Below, piece after piece: positions 1-8,787 of a stretch of DNA of 20,000 bases (within the stretch, counting starts at the first letter, position 1; each line of letters begins with the position of its first letter). The notes beneath the pieces are model-generated. The model did no database searches and was not told where the DNA came from. It saw only the letters and a list, made by a program, of their open reading frames with translations. The DNA lies in the IMG/VR virus record IMGVR_UViG_3300008448_000053, positions 52,571 to 72,570 of that record. One strand, 5' to 3'. The stretch is from an uncultured virus (IMG/VR IMGVR_UViG_3300008448_000053) (lineage: Duplodnaviria > Heunggongvirae > Uroviricota > Caudoviricetes). The position numbers and the translations under genes are program-made.

Positions 1-1
1 T

Positions 2-2695
2 ACTGGTAACACCATTCAATATAGATCATTATCGGATATTATATCTTCTGTGACAGGTGACACATATGTGACTGGATTCACATATAACAATTCAAATAAA
101 TTTACAATATTTGATAATTCAGGATCTACGTTTAGTGTACTTATTAATGAACTAACAGGATTAACTATTAACGGTGATTTAAGTGTTAGTGGAAACACTA
201 ATTTAAATTACTTAGAGGTAAATACAATATCCGCAACAACTATAAGTGGTCAAACATTTTATGGTGACGGAAGAAATTTACAAGGTATCCCAAAATGGTA
301 TGCCGAAAGTGATGTTATACCTACAGTTTATCCATACGAGAAACCATATGTCATTACTGGTAGTACTGGTCAAGGTTCATTTGCATTAGGACCTAATGCC
401 CAGTCTTTAAGTTTTGACCAAATTTCGTTTGGTGATTTTGCGGGTAGAGAAACAACAGGTGCAAGTAGATCAACATTTATAGGGTATGGATCAGGTATTA
501 GGGCTAATGATAGTGATCTAAGTAATTTTATTGGACAAAGTGCCGGTTCAGATTCAAAAAATTCAAACAATTCAAATTTTATTGGTATTGGTGCGGGACA
601 AAATTCAAAAAACGCAGGATTTTCAAATTTTATAGGGTATAATGCGGGATATAATATCAACGGTGAAACAATTGTTGGATTTGATAGACAAATCAGAGGT
701 TTTGATTCAAATTTTATAGGTAATTTAGCGGGTAGTGGTGCATTGTATGCGTCAGGTTCAACTTTTATAGGTACTAACGCGGGTTCAAATGCTAATTACG
801 CTAGATTTTCAAATTTTATTGGTTATTTGGCAGGTAAAGATTCAACCAACGCATCGTATTCAACATTAATAGGTTTTAATGTAGGAACACCTAGATTTGG
901 GTTTAGTAAAATAGGAAAAAATAATATCATTATTGGTAATTCTATCACATTACCAAATGGAACCACGGATTCTATTAATATTGGTGGTGTATTATTTGGT
1001 ATCAATACTAATTTTGATACTTCTGGTGGAAGTCCTAGTGATTCACCTACAACAACAGGAAAAATAGGTATAGGTGTCGTAACACCTTTAAACAGATTAC
1101 ATGTTGAAGATACAATCGATCCTGTTAGATTCGTTGGATTACAAAGTGGAACAACGGAAACCAGAATATTAACATCCGACAATAATGGTATTATAAAATA
1201 TAAAAATTTAAGTGATATAACAATATCAGGAAACTACTTACCATTAAGTGGTGGAACGGTTACTGACGACGTATTATTCCAAAGTGGAATCACCGCAACA
1301 ACTATAAGTGGTCAAACATTTTATGGTGTCGGTTCTAATAAACAAGTAATATACAATAATAATGGTATATTATCGGGCAGTACAGGATTCACATATGACG
1401 GTACCAATGTTGGTATTGGTACGGAATCCCCAACAAATTTATTACATATTACAGGTTCTACCGATCCTGTTAGAATTCAAGGTCTACAATTATCAAATGA
1501 CAACAATATAGTTACGGTAGACTCTAACGGTGTTCTACATTATTCACCATATAGTGGGTTAACAAATGATAAATGGATTTCTGGTGGTAGTTTTGATAAT
1601 AGATATAATATACTTTATTTAGGGTATAATACTGGAGGTGGATTTAGAATTTATTTAGATATAACAGGTAACACTGGAAACACATTAGTAAACGCATCGA
1701 GATATTTTATTTCGGGATCAACACCAACGGGTTATGTTTTAGTTAATGGTGATAGATGGTATAACACAAACAATGGTATTGAATATGTGTGGATAAATGA
1801 CGGAAATTCATCACAATGGGTACAACCGGCAACAATAGGAGGTGGTGGAGGTGGTACTACCACAATCGGTGATTATTTAGTTTTAAGTGGTTTAACTGCA
1901 AATACAATTAATGTAAATCAAATAGGTATATCCGGAGATTGTGTTAATGATTTATATGTTTCAAATATACATTCTTGTTCACCATTAAATATTAATCCCT
2001 TAAACGAGGGTGACATAAATTTTGGATCATCAACATCAGGTATTAGTATACAACTATCAGAAGGTAAAGGTGGTATTGGTATTGGAACAAGATCACCAAC
2101 AAATAAATTACATATTGTTGGTTCAGAAAATCCAGTAAGAATTGAGGGGTTACAAAGTGGTGATACAAACAATAAAGTTGTTACAATAAACAATGATGGT
2201 GTTCTCGCTTCTAGTACACTACCTCAATTCGCATCAACACTTCCAGTTAGTTTTAAATTAGGTTTTAACGGTATACCTAATTATGAAGTTTTTGGTGGAA
2301 CTGGAGTACAAAATTTTGGACTACTTGATAGGGGTATGTTCGTTGCTTTTGATTTAGAAACTGCATTAAAATTACCACATACCACAACGGCAACAGATTA
2401 TGTTTATTCATTTAGAGTAACAACACATGAACAATTTGGTGGTGTTCAAAATAATGTCGGTGTTAGAACGGTACTTGCAAGTACTGCCGGTGAGTTTCCA
2501 TATAATACAATTGCACCAGCGACGTACTTATCACAAACAAGTACAAATTATGCACTTCAATATTCTGATGTTGTTGTTAATGTACCTAAAAATTATTTGG
2601 GTCAACCCGTTTATTATATAAAATTTGAAATAATAATGGAAAGATTTGCCGGAGGTTCAACAAGTGTAATCGGAGCAAATTTAAGATTTAATTAA
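2..2695 (+). CDS. Tail-fibre/virion structural-like protein with beta-roll repeats (5'-truncated)
   Basis: The frame is open from position 2 (TGNTIQYRSLSDIISSVTG...), so the GTG at 50 is probably internal. G/S/T/N-rich, with eight S(N/T)(F/L)IG..AG repeats, three 'GIG..P.N.LH....PVR..GLQ' modules and a GDRWYN...YVWINDGNSSQWV motif typical of phage virion proteins. Confidence 0.75.
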   Translation, partial: TGNTIQYRSLSDIISSVTGDTYVTGFTYNNSNKFTIFDNSGSTFSVLINELTGLTINGDLSVSGNTNLNYLEVNTISATTISGQTFYGDGRNLQGIPKWYAESDVIPTVYPYEKPYVITGSTGQGSFALGPNAQSLSFDQISFGDFAGRETTGASRSTFIGYGSGIRANDSDLSNFIGQSAGSDSKNSNNSNFIGIGAGQNSKNAGFSNFIGYNAGYNINGETIVGFDRQIRGFDSNFIGNLAGSGALYASGSTFIGTNAGSNANYARFSNFIGYLAGKDSTNASYSTLIGFNVGTPRFGFSKIGKNNIIIGNSITLPNGTTDSINIGGVLFGINTNFDTSGGSPSDSPTTTGKIGIGVVTPLNRLHVEDTIDPVRFVGLQSGTTETRILTSDNNGIIKYKNLSDITISGNYLPLSGGTVTDDVLFQSGITATTISGQTFYGVGSNKQVIYNNNGILSGSTGFTYDGTNVGIGTESPTNLLHITGSTDPVRIQGLQLSNDNNIVTVDSNGVLHYSPYSGLTNDKWISGGSFDNRYNILYLGYNTGGGFRIYLDITGNTGNTLVNASRYFISGSTPTGYVLVNGDRWYNTNNGIEYVWINDGNSSQWVQPATIGGGGGGTTTIGDYLVLSGLTANTINVNQIGISGDCVNDLYVSNIHSCSPLNINPLNEGDINFGSSTSGISIQLSEGKGGIGIGTRSPTNKLHIVGSENPVRIEGLQSGDTNNKVVTINNDGVLASSTLPQFASTLPVSFKLGFNGIPNYEVFGGTGVQNFGLLDRGMFVAFDLETALKLPHTTTATDYVYSFRVTTHEQFGGVQNNVGVRTVLASTAGEFPYNTIAPATYLSQTSTNYALQYSDVVVNVPKNYLGQPVYYIKFEIIMERFAGGSTSVIGANLRFN
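231..266 (+). repeat. 36-bp exact direct repeat, copy 1
   Basis: ccgcaacaactataagtggtcaaacattttatggtg, identical to 1293-1328. Confidence 0.9.
470..886 (+). repeat. Eight ~17-aa S(N/T)FIG.xAG protein repeats (YadA-head-like beta-roll)
   Basis: STFIGYGSG, SNFIGQSAG, SNFIGIGAG, SNFIGYNAG, SNFIGNLAG, STFIGTNAG, SNFIGYLAG, STLIGFNVG, mostly at 51-nt spacing. Confidence 0.85.
1293..1328 (+). repeat. 36-bp exact direct repeat, copy 2
   Basis: Identical to 231-266; encodes ATTISGQTFYG in both copies. Confidence 0.9.
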
Positions 2696-2703
2696 TATAA
2701 ATT

Positions 2704-2943
2704 ATGACTGAAGAATTGGCAATTAAATATGGTAAATTAGTTCAATTTGGGGTTGACTATATGATTGGTTTCAATTCCTTCGCCGATTTATTTGTAATCA
2801 AATACAATGAATTTAAAGCGGAGATCATGGAATTTGGTTATAGTGATGATAGAAGAAAATGGGTGACCCAAAATAAAAATGAAATTATTCAATTGTACGA
2901 TGATTTAAATTCATCTGGGTTGATACCAACAGAACCAATTTAA
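2704..2943 (+). CDS. Hypothetical protein (79 aa)
   Basis: ATG 8 nt after the fibre gene stop; plausible helical, acidic protein; no family recognised. Confidence 0.7.
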   Translation: MTEELAIKYGKLVQFGVDYMIGFNSFADLFVIKYNEFKAEIMEFGYSDDRRKWVTQNKNEIIQLYDDLNSSGLIPTEPI

Positions 2944-2964
2944 TAAAGATAAATGAATAAAAAA

Positions 2965-2973
2965 ATATTTATA
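2965..2973 (+). promoter_or_regulatory. ATATTTATA motif, putative phage (late?) promoter element
   Basis: Just upstream of ATG 2978; the same 9-mer precedes three other genes. Confidence 0.45.
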
Positions 2974-2977
2974 ATAA

Positions 2978-5152
2978 ATGGCAATTAATTTTCCAAATTC
3001 ACCGGTTATCGGAGATTTATATACTTTCGCTAGTACAACATGGCAGTGGTCAGGTGAGTATTGGGGTGTATGGACAGGAACAACAGCGGTTATTACAGAT
3101 TATTTACCATTAAGTGGTGGAACAGTTACTGGTGATGTATTATTTCAAAGTGGTGTTACCGCAACTACCATTAGTGGGAACACGATATATGGTGATGGAT
3201 CTAATTTAACTAATGTAGATAATCTTTATAATATTGATGGAACATTACAATCAAACAGAACGGTATCAACCACAAGTGGGTACACATTAACAATTAATCC
3301 ACAAACAACTTTTTCACCTTCAATTACATCGGTAACAGTAACCACCGCAACAACAATAGGTACAATATTTAATCCATCATTGACGGCATCAATATCTGGA
3401 AATACTTTAATTGGTCTCGATATATCACCAACGTATACAAATTCACCACATTCCAATGTTACAAATATAGATTTAAGAACAAGAAATGCGGGTGTTGTTA
3501 TTGGTTCTAGTTATGGATATGGTTTTTTGTATGGAAATTCAAATGACGGTATTGTAGAAATTTCTGATGAAGGTTCTTTTATAACAAGAATGACATTTAG
3601 ACCATCGGGAAATTCCGGTGGTTATAATGGTAATTGGTGGAGTCGTATCGAACAGAACGGAAATAATTTTAGAGTCTACTCAGGTAACTATCCAACAGGA
3701 CAATTAAGTGGTCAATGGTTAGTCGGGGGGCCTGTAGATAATAGTACAACATTTGGTGCACTTTTTAATAATAATGGAAATATAATTGTCGGATCGACAA
3801 CTGATTCTGGTGTTAAATTAGATAGTTACGGTGTAACAAGAATTCAAAATAATTTTGGTGTTGGAACTTTTTCCACACCATCACAACCAATTTTAACTGA
3901 TTCAACAACGGGTGGTGCGATTACAGGTGAAACAACAGGTACAACATACACATATCGCATTGTTGGTGTTGATAATCTTGGTTATACCACACCAGCTGGT
4001 ACAATAAGTTCTGTTTCACTTTCTGGATTAACTAATTCTGTTAGTCTTACATGGACGGCAATCGCCGGTATATCCTCGTATAGAGTATATAGATCAAATC
4101 CTTGGAATAGTACAAATAGGTTTTATAACACAAGTACAAATTCATTTACCGATACGGGTTCATCTGCCGCTTGTGATGGATCTGGTTGTAATCCACCAAC
4201 ACAAAATCGAACATTAAAAACAAATATAAGTTCAAGTGGTAATTTATTTGTTAACTCTAATGGTACTTTTACTGGTAACGTATTAATTGGTGGTGTATCA
4301 TCTGGCTTTGAAATAAACACAACATCATCCACAGTACCAATTGCAAATGTTGGTATATATAGAAAACCAGGAAATGGAAATTCAACATATTTTATTGAAG
4401 ATGAACAAGGCGGTGCAAAAGACAAATGGACTTTTGTTAGAAGAGGTGGATATGGATTAGTGAGAGACTATTATCAGGGTAATTCATCTATTGTAAACAT
4501 AAATTTAGGTTGGACAAATCCTAACACTAATGGATGGGACGCAAATACTTTATTAATAGACCCAGTAATTAATAAAACCAATGCGTTTTCTACAACAATA
4601 AGAGGTATATATTATAACCCAATATTGTCGGGTATGACGGGCGTAACACACATCGCATATCAAAACACAACGGGTGATAACATATTAAATAGTTTGTCTG
4701 GAAATACTTTAATTGGTACAACAGTTGATAGTGGACATAAGTTATCAATATCGGCAACAACAAACCCAATTAGAATACAAGGACTCCAAATAAGTTCGGG
4801 GGACACAAGAATATTAACTTCAGATTCTAACGGTGTAATTGGATATAGAAATTTATCATCAGCATTAGCTTATAGTACAACAGGTATAACCGTATCATCA
4901 CAAACATTAACAACGTCATTCAATTATTATGGTGTTAATTATAATGGAGATGTTGATTTAACATTACCAAATCCGAGTGGTTATGATGGTTATAATTTTA
5001 CAATTAAAGATGAAGGAGGATATGCGGCAACACATAGAATAAGATTAATTCCATCTTCAGGATTAATTGATGGGAATAATTATGTTGATATTAATTTAAG
5101 ATATGTCGCCCTTCATTTAATGGCAAGAGATAATAATTGGTGGATAATATAA
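2978..5152 (+). CDS. Tail-fibre/virion structural-like protein with FN3-like segment
   Basis: N-terminal MAINFPNSP..GD.YT....WQW motif typical of phage virion proteins. Shares the YLPLSGGTVT module with the first ORF. Has FN3-like YTYRIVGVD...VSLTWTA...SYRVYRS and a C-terminal LTLPNP..G....IKDEGG...IDG...WWII domain. Confidence 0.72.
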   Translation: MAINFPNSPVIGDLYTFASTTWQWSGEYWGVWTGTTAVITDYLPLSGGTVTGDVLFQSGVTATTISGNTIYGDGSNLTNVDNLYNIDGTLQSNRTVSTTSGYTLTINPQTTFSPSITSVTVTTATTIGTIFNPSLTASISGNTLIGLDISPTYTNSPHSNVTNIDLRTRNAGVVIGSSYGYGFLYGNSNDGIVEISDEGSFITRMTFRPSGNSGGYNGNWWSRIEQNGNNFRVYSGNYPTGQLSGQWLVGGPVDNSTTFGALFNNNGNIIVGSTTDSGVKLDSYGVTRIQNNFGVGTFSTPSQPILTDSTTGGAITGETTGTTYTYRIVGVDNLGYTTPAGTISSVSLSGLTNSVSLTWTAIAGISSYRVYRSNPWNSTNRFYNTSTNSFTDTGSSAACDGSGCNPPTQNRTLKTNISSSGNLFVNSNGTFTGNVLIGGVSSGFEINTTSSTVPIANVGIYRKPGNGNSTYFIEDEQGGAKDKWTFVRRGGYGLVRDYYQGNSSIVNINLGWTNPNTNGWDANTLLIDPVINKTNAFSTTIRGIYYNPILSGMTGVTHIAYQNTTGDNILNSLSGNTLIGTTVDSGHKLSISATTNPIRIQGLQISSGDTRILTSDSNGVIGYRNLSSALAYSTTGITVSSQTLTTSFNYYGVNYNGDVDLTLPNPSGYDGYNFTIKDEGGYAATHRIRLIPSSGLIDGNNYVDINLRYVALHLMARDNNWWII

Positions 5153-5164
5153 AAAATATAATAT

Positions 5165-6400
5165 ATGTCATATATAATTAACAATGAAATAAAATATTCA
5201 AACTCTCCAAACATAGATTCGTTTGGTAGATTAAGAGTTAGTGAACCATTTACATTATTTGATTCAAGCCATAGGTATGATGATAATGGATTATGGTCTA
5301 CTGCCACTGCTACAGGTGGTACTGCTACATTTGATGCTAACCAAGGACTAATTAACTTAGATGTAACAGCGGATTCAGGTTCTTCTGTTACAAGAGAAAC
5401 TATAAAGGTATTTTCATATCAACCTGGTAAAAGTCTTCTTGTACTATCTACATTTGTAATGAGTGCTGCTAAAACAGGTCTTAGACAAAGAGTGGGTTAT
5501 TATGGAGCAGAAAATGGATATTATTTAGAACAGAGTGGTAGTACAGTAAGTTTTGTTGAAAGAAGTTCTGTCTCAGGAGCATTAGTAGATACACCTGTTG
5601 CTCAGGCAAGTTGGAATGTTGACCCTATGAATGGCTCAGGGCCAAGTGGAATAATACTTGATTTTACAAAAGCCCAAATTTTATTTATGGATTTGGAGTG
5701 GTTGGGTGTGGGTACAGTTAGAATAGGATTTGTAATAGATGGTAACTTTCATGTTTGTCATAAGTTTCAGCATGCTAATTTAATTACATCTACATATATT
5801 ACAACAGCTTCACTACCATTAAGATATGAAATAACAAATACAACTGCTACAAGTGGAGCAAGTACATTAAAGCAAATATGTTCTACAGTGTTATCTGAAG
5901 GAGGATATCAACTTAATGGGTTACAACAAGCTGTTGGTATTCCTGTAACAACTCCAACAACATTAGCAGTTGCAGGAACGTTTTATCCTGTACTAAGTAT
6001 ACGTCTTAAAACATCTCCTAATCGTTTAGATGCTATAGTGATATCTACCGCAATTTCTATAATGGCAACTATTTCAGGAGATTATAATTGGCAGGTAATA
6101 TCATCTGGAACTACAACAGGTGGTACTTGGGTTGATGCTCCTAATAACTCTTCTGTTCAATATAACATAGACGGAACTTCATTTACAGGAGGAAGAATAC
6201 TTGCAAGTGGGTTTTTTAGTGTGTCAAACCAAGGTTCAACTCAAGTTGATATTCTTAAAGAAGCACTCTTTAAAACACAACTTGAAAGAAATGGATTAAC
6301 AGGAACTCCATTTGAACTTACTATTGTAGTAGCTTCTAATGTAGGAGGTGGAGGAGGAGCTATTCTTGCATCAATGGATTGGGAAGAAATAAGTAGATAA
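5165..6400 (+). CDS. Phage hypothetical protein, probably virion-associated beta-rich
   Basis: 411-aa ORF with DSFGRLRVSEPFTLFDS and DLEWLGVGTVRIGF motifs that I recall from uncultured phage proteins; T/S/G-rich. Confidence 0.65.
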   Translation: MSYIINNEIKYSNSPNIDSFGRLRVSEPFTLFDSSHRYDDNGLWSTATATGGTATFDANQGLINLDVTADSGSSVTRETIKVFSYQPGKSLLVLSTFVMSAAKTGLRQRVGYYGAENGYYLEQSGSTVSFVERSSVSGALVDTPVAQASWNVDPMNGSGPSGIILDFTKAQILFMDLEWLGVGTVRIGFVIDGNFHVCHKFQHANLITSTYITTASLPLRYEITNTTATSGASTLKQICSTVLSEGGYQLNGLQQAVGIPVTTPTTLAVAGTFYPVLSIRLKTSPNRLDAIVISTAISIMATISGDYNWQVISSGTTTGGTWVDAPNNSSVQYNIDGTSFTGGRILASGFFSVSNQGSTQVDILKEALFKTQLERNGLTGTPFELTIVVASNVGGGGGAILASMDWEEISR

Positions 6401-6474
6401 TTATGGTGGAAGTAACCAAACATTAAGAAGTGAAATTAATTTAAGTTACTTTTTATAAAATTACAATAAACTAA

Positions 6475-6483
6475 ATATTTATA
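6475..6483 (+). promoter_or_regulatory. ATATTTATA motif
   Basis: 11 nt before ATG 6495. Confidence 0.45.
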
Positions 6484-6494
6484 AATAAAATACA

Positions 6495-6878
6495 ATGATA
6501 CAAATAGAATTAAAAGCAAAACATTTTTACTTAATTGCTGAAATATTATTCGGATTTGCAGCATATAGTTCGTTTTCAACATTACACAAAATAAAAGATG
6601 GTTGTATTGGTGTTGGTGATGACGATTTAGTAACTATTGAGTCCGATGTTAATACTGTAACAACCGTTTTTAACATTTTGTCTCAAAAACCTGAAGGTAG
6701 TTATAATGAAATAAATACAGAAATGTTAACTTTATTACAATCACAAATAGTGACAGGTGTGAGTAATAATGATCCTAATTGGATTCAACTTTCAGAGAAT
6801 GTTACCGAGATAAGAAATAATAATTTTGCGTTGATAACTAATTCAATTCAAAGTGGTAAGTCGAGGTTATATAACTAA
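6495..6878 (+). CDS. Hypothetical protein (127 aa)
   Basis: Clean ORF with A-rich leader; no family recognised. Confidence 0.7.
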   Translation: MIQIELKAKHFYLIAEILFGFAAYSSFSTLHKIKDGCIGVGDDDLVTIESDVNTVTTVFNILSQKPEGSYNEINTEMLTLLQSQIVTGVSNNDPNWIQLSENVTEIRNNNFALITNSIQSGKSRLYN

Positions 6879-7272
6879 AGATAATGTAGTCGAAAAACTA
6901 CTAACCGACGAATTAATTATCCAATCCTACGTATATTCCGATAATAGTTCCAAATATTGGAAAATAGCACAACCAATTACGGTAGTATTAAGTAGTGGTA
7001 AAATCATAAACATCCCCAAAGGATTTTATTATGATATGTCCACAGTACCTAAATGGTTGTGGTCAATTGTGAGACCATATAATGACGGTCTATTTGGTTA
7101 TTTAGTACACGACGTTTTATATGTTAATAGAAATCACAACATGACAAGAAAGGAATGTGATAAAGAAATGTTGTTTTGGACAAATATCACCAATTCAAAC
7201 AAGTTTGATAATAAATTAAGATATTATGTTGTTAGGTTGTTAGGTTGGTTGTGGTGGTATAAAATCATATAA
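6853..7272 (+). CDS. DUF1353 domain protein
   Basis: IPKGFYYDMSTVPKWLW...LVHDVLY...TRKECDKEM...YYVVRLLG fits the DUF1353 pattern (VP.GF.TD.AS.P...HD.LY...R..AD); GTG start is uncertain. Confidence 0.85.
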   Translation: MVSRGYITKDNVVEKLLTDELIIQSYVYSDNSSKYWKIAQPITVVLSSGKIINIPKGFYYDMSTVPKWLWSIVRPYNDGLFGYLVHDVLYVNRNHNMTRKECDKEMLFWTNITNSNKFDNKLRYYVVRLLGWLWWYKII

Positions 7273-7289
7273 AATTTAATTTTCATATG

Positions 7290-7298
7290 ATATTTATA
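7290..7298 (+). promoter_or_regulatory. ATATTTATA motif
   Basis: 14 nt before ATG 7313. Confidence 0.45.
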
Positions 7299-7312
7299 GT
7301 AAACAATATCCT

Positions 7313-8239
7313 ATGAAAAATACCTATCTTTTTTTTATTCTATTTTTGTTTTTTTCTTGTCAAAAAATAACAAACAATTTTACATTAAAAAATAAACCAG
7401 AATCATGTGACTTTCTAAACGGTAATTACAATACCGTTGCTAGAATGTCTCCACAAGAACAACAGATTGCACTTAGAACAAGAGTAAGGGACACAGACAA
7501 AGATGGTATACCTAATACACAGGATAACTGTTCTGTCACATTTAACCCCGATCAATTAGATAGTGATAAAGATGGTATAGGAGACGCTTGTGATGCAACA
7601 CCATTTCCACCTATTGTTGGTACAGGAAACTGGGTTATATTTTTAGATTTTGATGGGGAATATGTAAATAGTCCTTATTGGATAGGGCAAAACGGAGGTT
7701 TACCATTTTATGCTACACCATCAGGACTTAGTTCAACAGAAATAAAAAACATTGTAGATTCTATAACCACTGACTTTGCTCAATTTAAAAACATCAATGT
7801 CACTACAGACTCTAGTGTTTATAATAATGCTTCTATTGTTCGTAGACAGAGATTGATAATTACAGAAAACTATGAATGGTATTGTGGACCAACAGCTTGT
7901 GCAGGAGGTGTCGCTTTTATAGAATCAATAAAATGGGGTGAAGAGGTAGTTGCTTTTGTATTTAGTAAAGCATTAGGATATAGACAAAAATCTATTTGGG
8001 AAGCTTCATCTCATGAGGTAGGACACACTTTTGGATTGTACCACCAAGCAAATTATGATGCTAATTGTAATTTTCTTGCAGAATATTTCGCAGGTTTTGG
8101 AAATTCTACAACAGGTAGAGCACCTATCATGGGTAATTCTTATTCAAGACCTGGATATTGGTGGATAGGACCTAATTCATTTGGATGTACTAGTATTCAA
8201 AACGATAGTCTAATAATAAGAAACTTAGTAGGATATTAA
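7313..8239 (+). CDS. Lipoprotein zinc metalloprotease (metzincin) with thrombospondin type-3 repeats
   Basis: Signal peptide II-like MKNTYLFFILFLFFS-C; TSP3 repeat DTDKDGIPNTQDNC...NPDQLDSDKDGIGDACD; HEVGHTFGLYH zinc motif; APIMG Met-turn. Confidence 0.85.
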   Translation: MKNTYLFFILFLFFSCQKITNNFTLKNKPESCDFLNGNYNTVARMSPQEQQIALRTRVRDTDKDGIPNTQDNCSVTFNPDQLDSDKDGIGDACDATPFPPIVGTGNWVIFLDFDGEYVNSPYWIGQNGGLPFYATPSGLSSTEIKNIVDSITTDFAQFKNINVTTDSSVYNNASIVRRQRLIITENYEWYCGPTACAGGVAFIESIKWGEEVVAFVFSKALGYRQKSIWEASSHEVGHTFGLYHQANYDANCNFLAEYFAGFGNSTTGRAPIMGNSYSRPGYWWIGPNSFGCTSIQNDSLIIRNLVGY

Positions 8240-8250
8240 AAAAACAAAAT

Positions 8251-8493
8251 ATGATACCACAAGACAAAGCAATGCATTTTACCGCAGGATTCGCATTATC
8301 CCTTTTAATTGTAATTATAAACGCTCGGTTTGATTTTTTCACACAACCAACACTAGGATTTATTTGTTTAGGTGTGGCAACAATTGCAGGATTACTTAAA
8401 GAATGTTATGATAGATTTTATCAAAAAGAAAAATTTGATTGGGTCGATGCTGGTGTAACTTCATTAGGTGCGGTACTTTATTTTTTCGCATGA
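8251..8493 (+). CDS. Small membrane protein (DKxxH motif; VanZ/DUF2279-like)
   Basis: DKAMHFTAG, hydrophobic segments, KECYD, FDWVDAGVT..G. Confidence 0.7.
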   Translation: MIPQDKAMHFTAGFALSLLIVIINARFDFFTQPTLGFICLGVATIAGLLKECYDRFYQKEKFDWVDAGVTSLGAVLYFFA

Positions 8494-8501
8494 TATTTAT
8501 A
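8493..8501 (+). promoter_or_regulatory. ATATTTATA motif
   Basis: 11 nt before ATG 8513. Confidence 0.45.
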
Positions 8502-8512
8502 AATAAAAACAT

Positions 8513-8758
8513 ATGGCTAGTTTAATTGACAAGGTAAAAGTTAAATCAGGTAGATTAATCAGAGTTTGGAATACTGAAAAGAAGAAGTTTTCAAACGCTT
8601 CTGCTAAATATGTTTCCGTTTGGGTAGAAGATGCTGACGGTAAAAACGAAAGATGTCTTCTATTCACAGAAAAGGAGATTGCCAGAGCAGAAGAAAGATC
8701 TAAAAACAATTCTGAGGATTTAACAACCAAAGGATTTTTTACCGATTTAACCGATTAA
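8513..8758 (+). CDS. Hypothetical protein (81 aa)
   Basis: Charged ORF with A-rich leader, same strand as neighbours. Confidence 0.75.
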   Translation: MASLIDKVKVKSGRLIRVWNTEKKKFSNASAKYVSVWVEDADGKNERCLLFTEKEIARAEERSKNNSEDLTTKGFFTDLTD

Positions 8759-8787
8759 AAAAAAAAGATAAAATACTTTTTATTTTG

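Noticed and set aside
470..886. Periodic tcaaattttat(a/t)gg repeats considered as a CRISPR array
   Set aside because: Degenerate at synonymous positions and in frame, so they are protein repeats; no cas genes.
231..3210. Repeat pairs considered as a diversity-generating retroelement TR/VR
   Set aside because: Differences are not adenine-specific, the copies are internal coding modules, and there is no reverse transcriptase in the window.
16..6423. Minus-strand ORFs (16-198, 370-660, 823-1182, 1918-2193, 3226-3456, 4123-4425, 5113-5307, 6241-6423) and the nested plus-strand ORF 2427-2621
   Set aside because: Shadows of long plus-strand genes; the Pro/Ile-rich translations mirror Gly/Asn codons on the coding strand.
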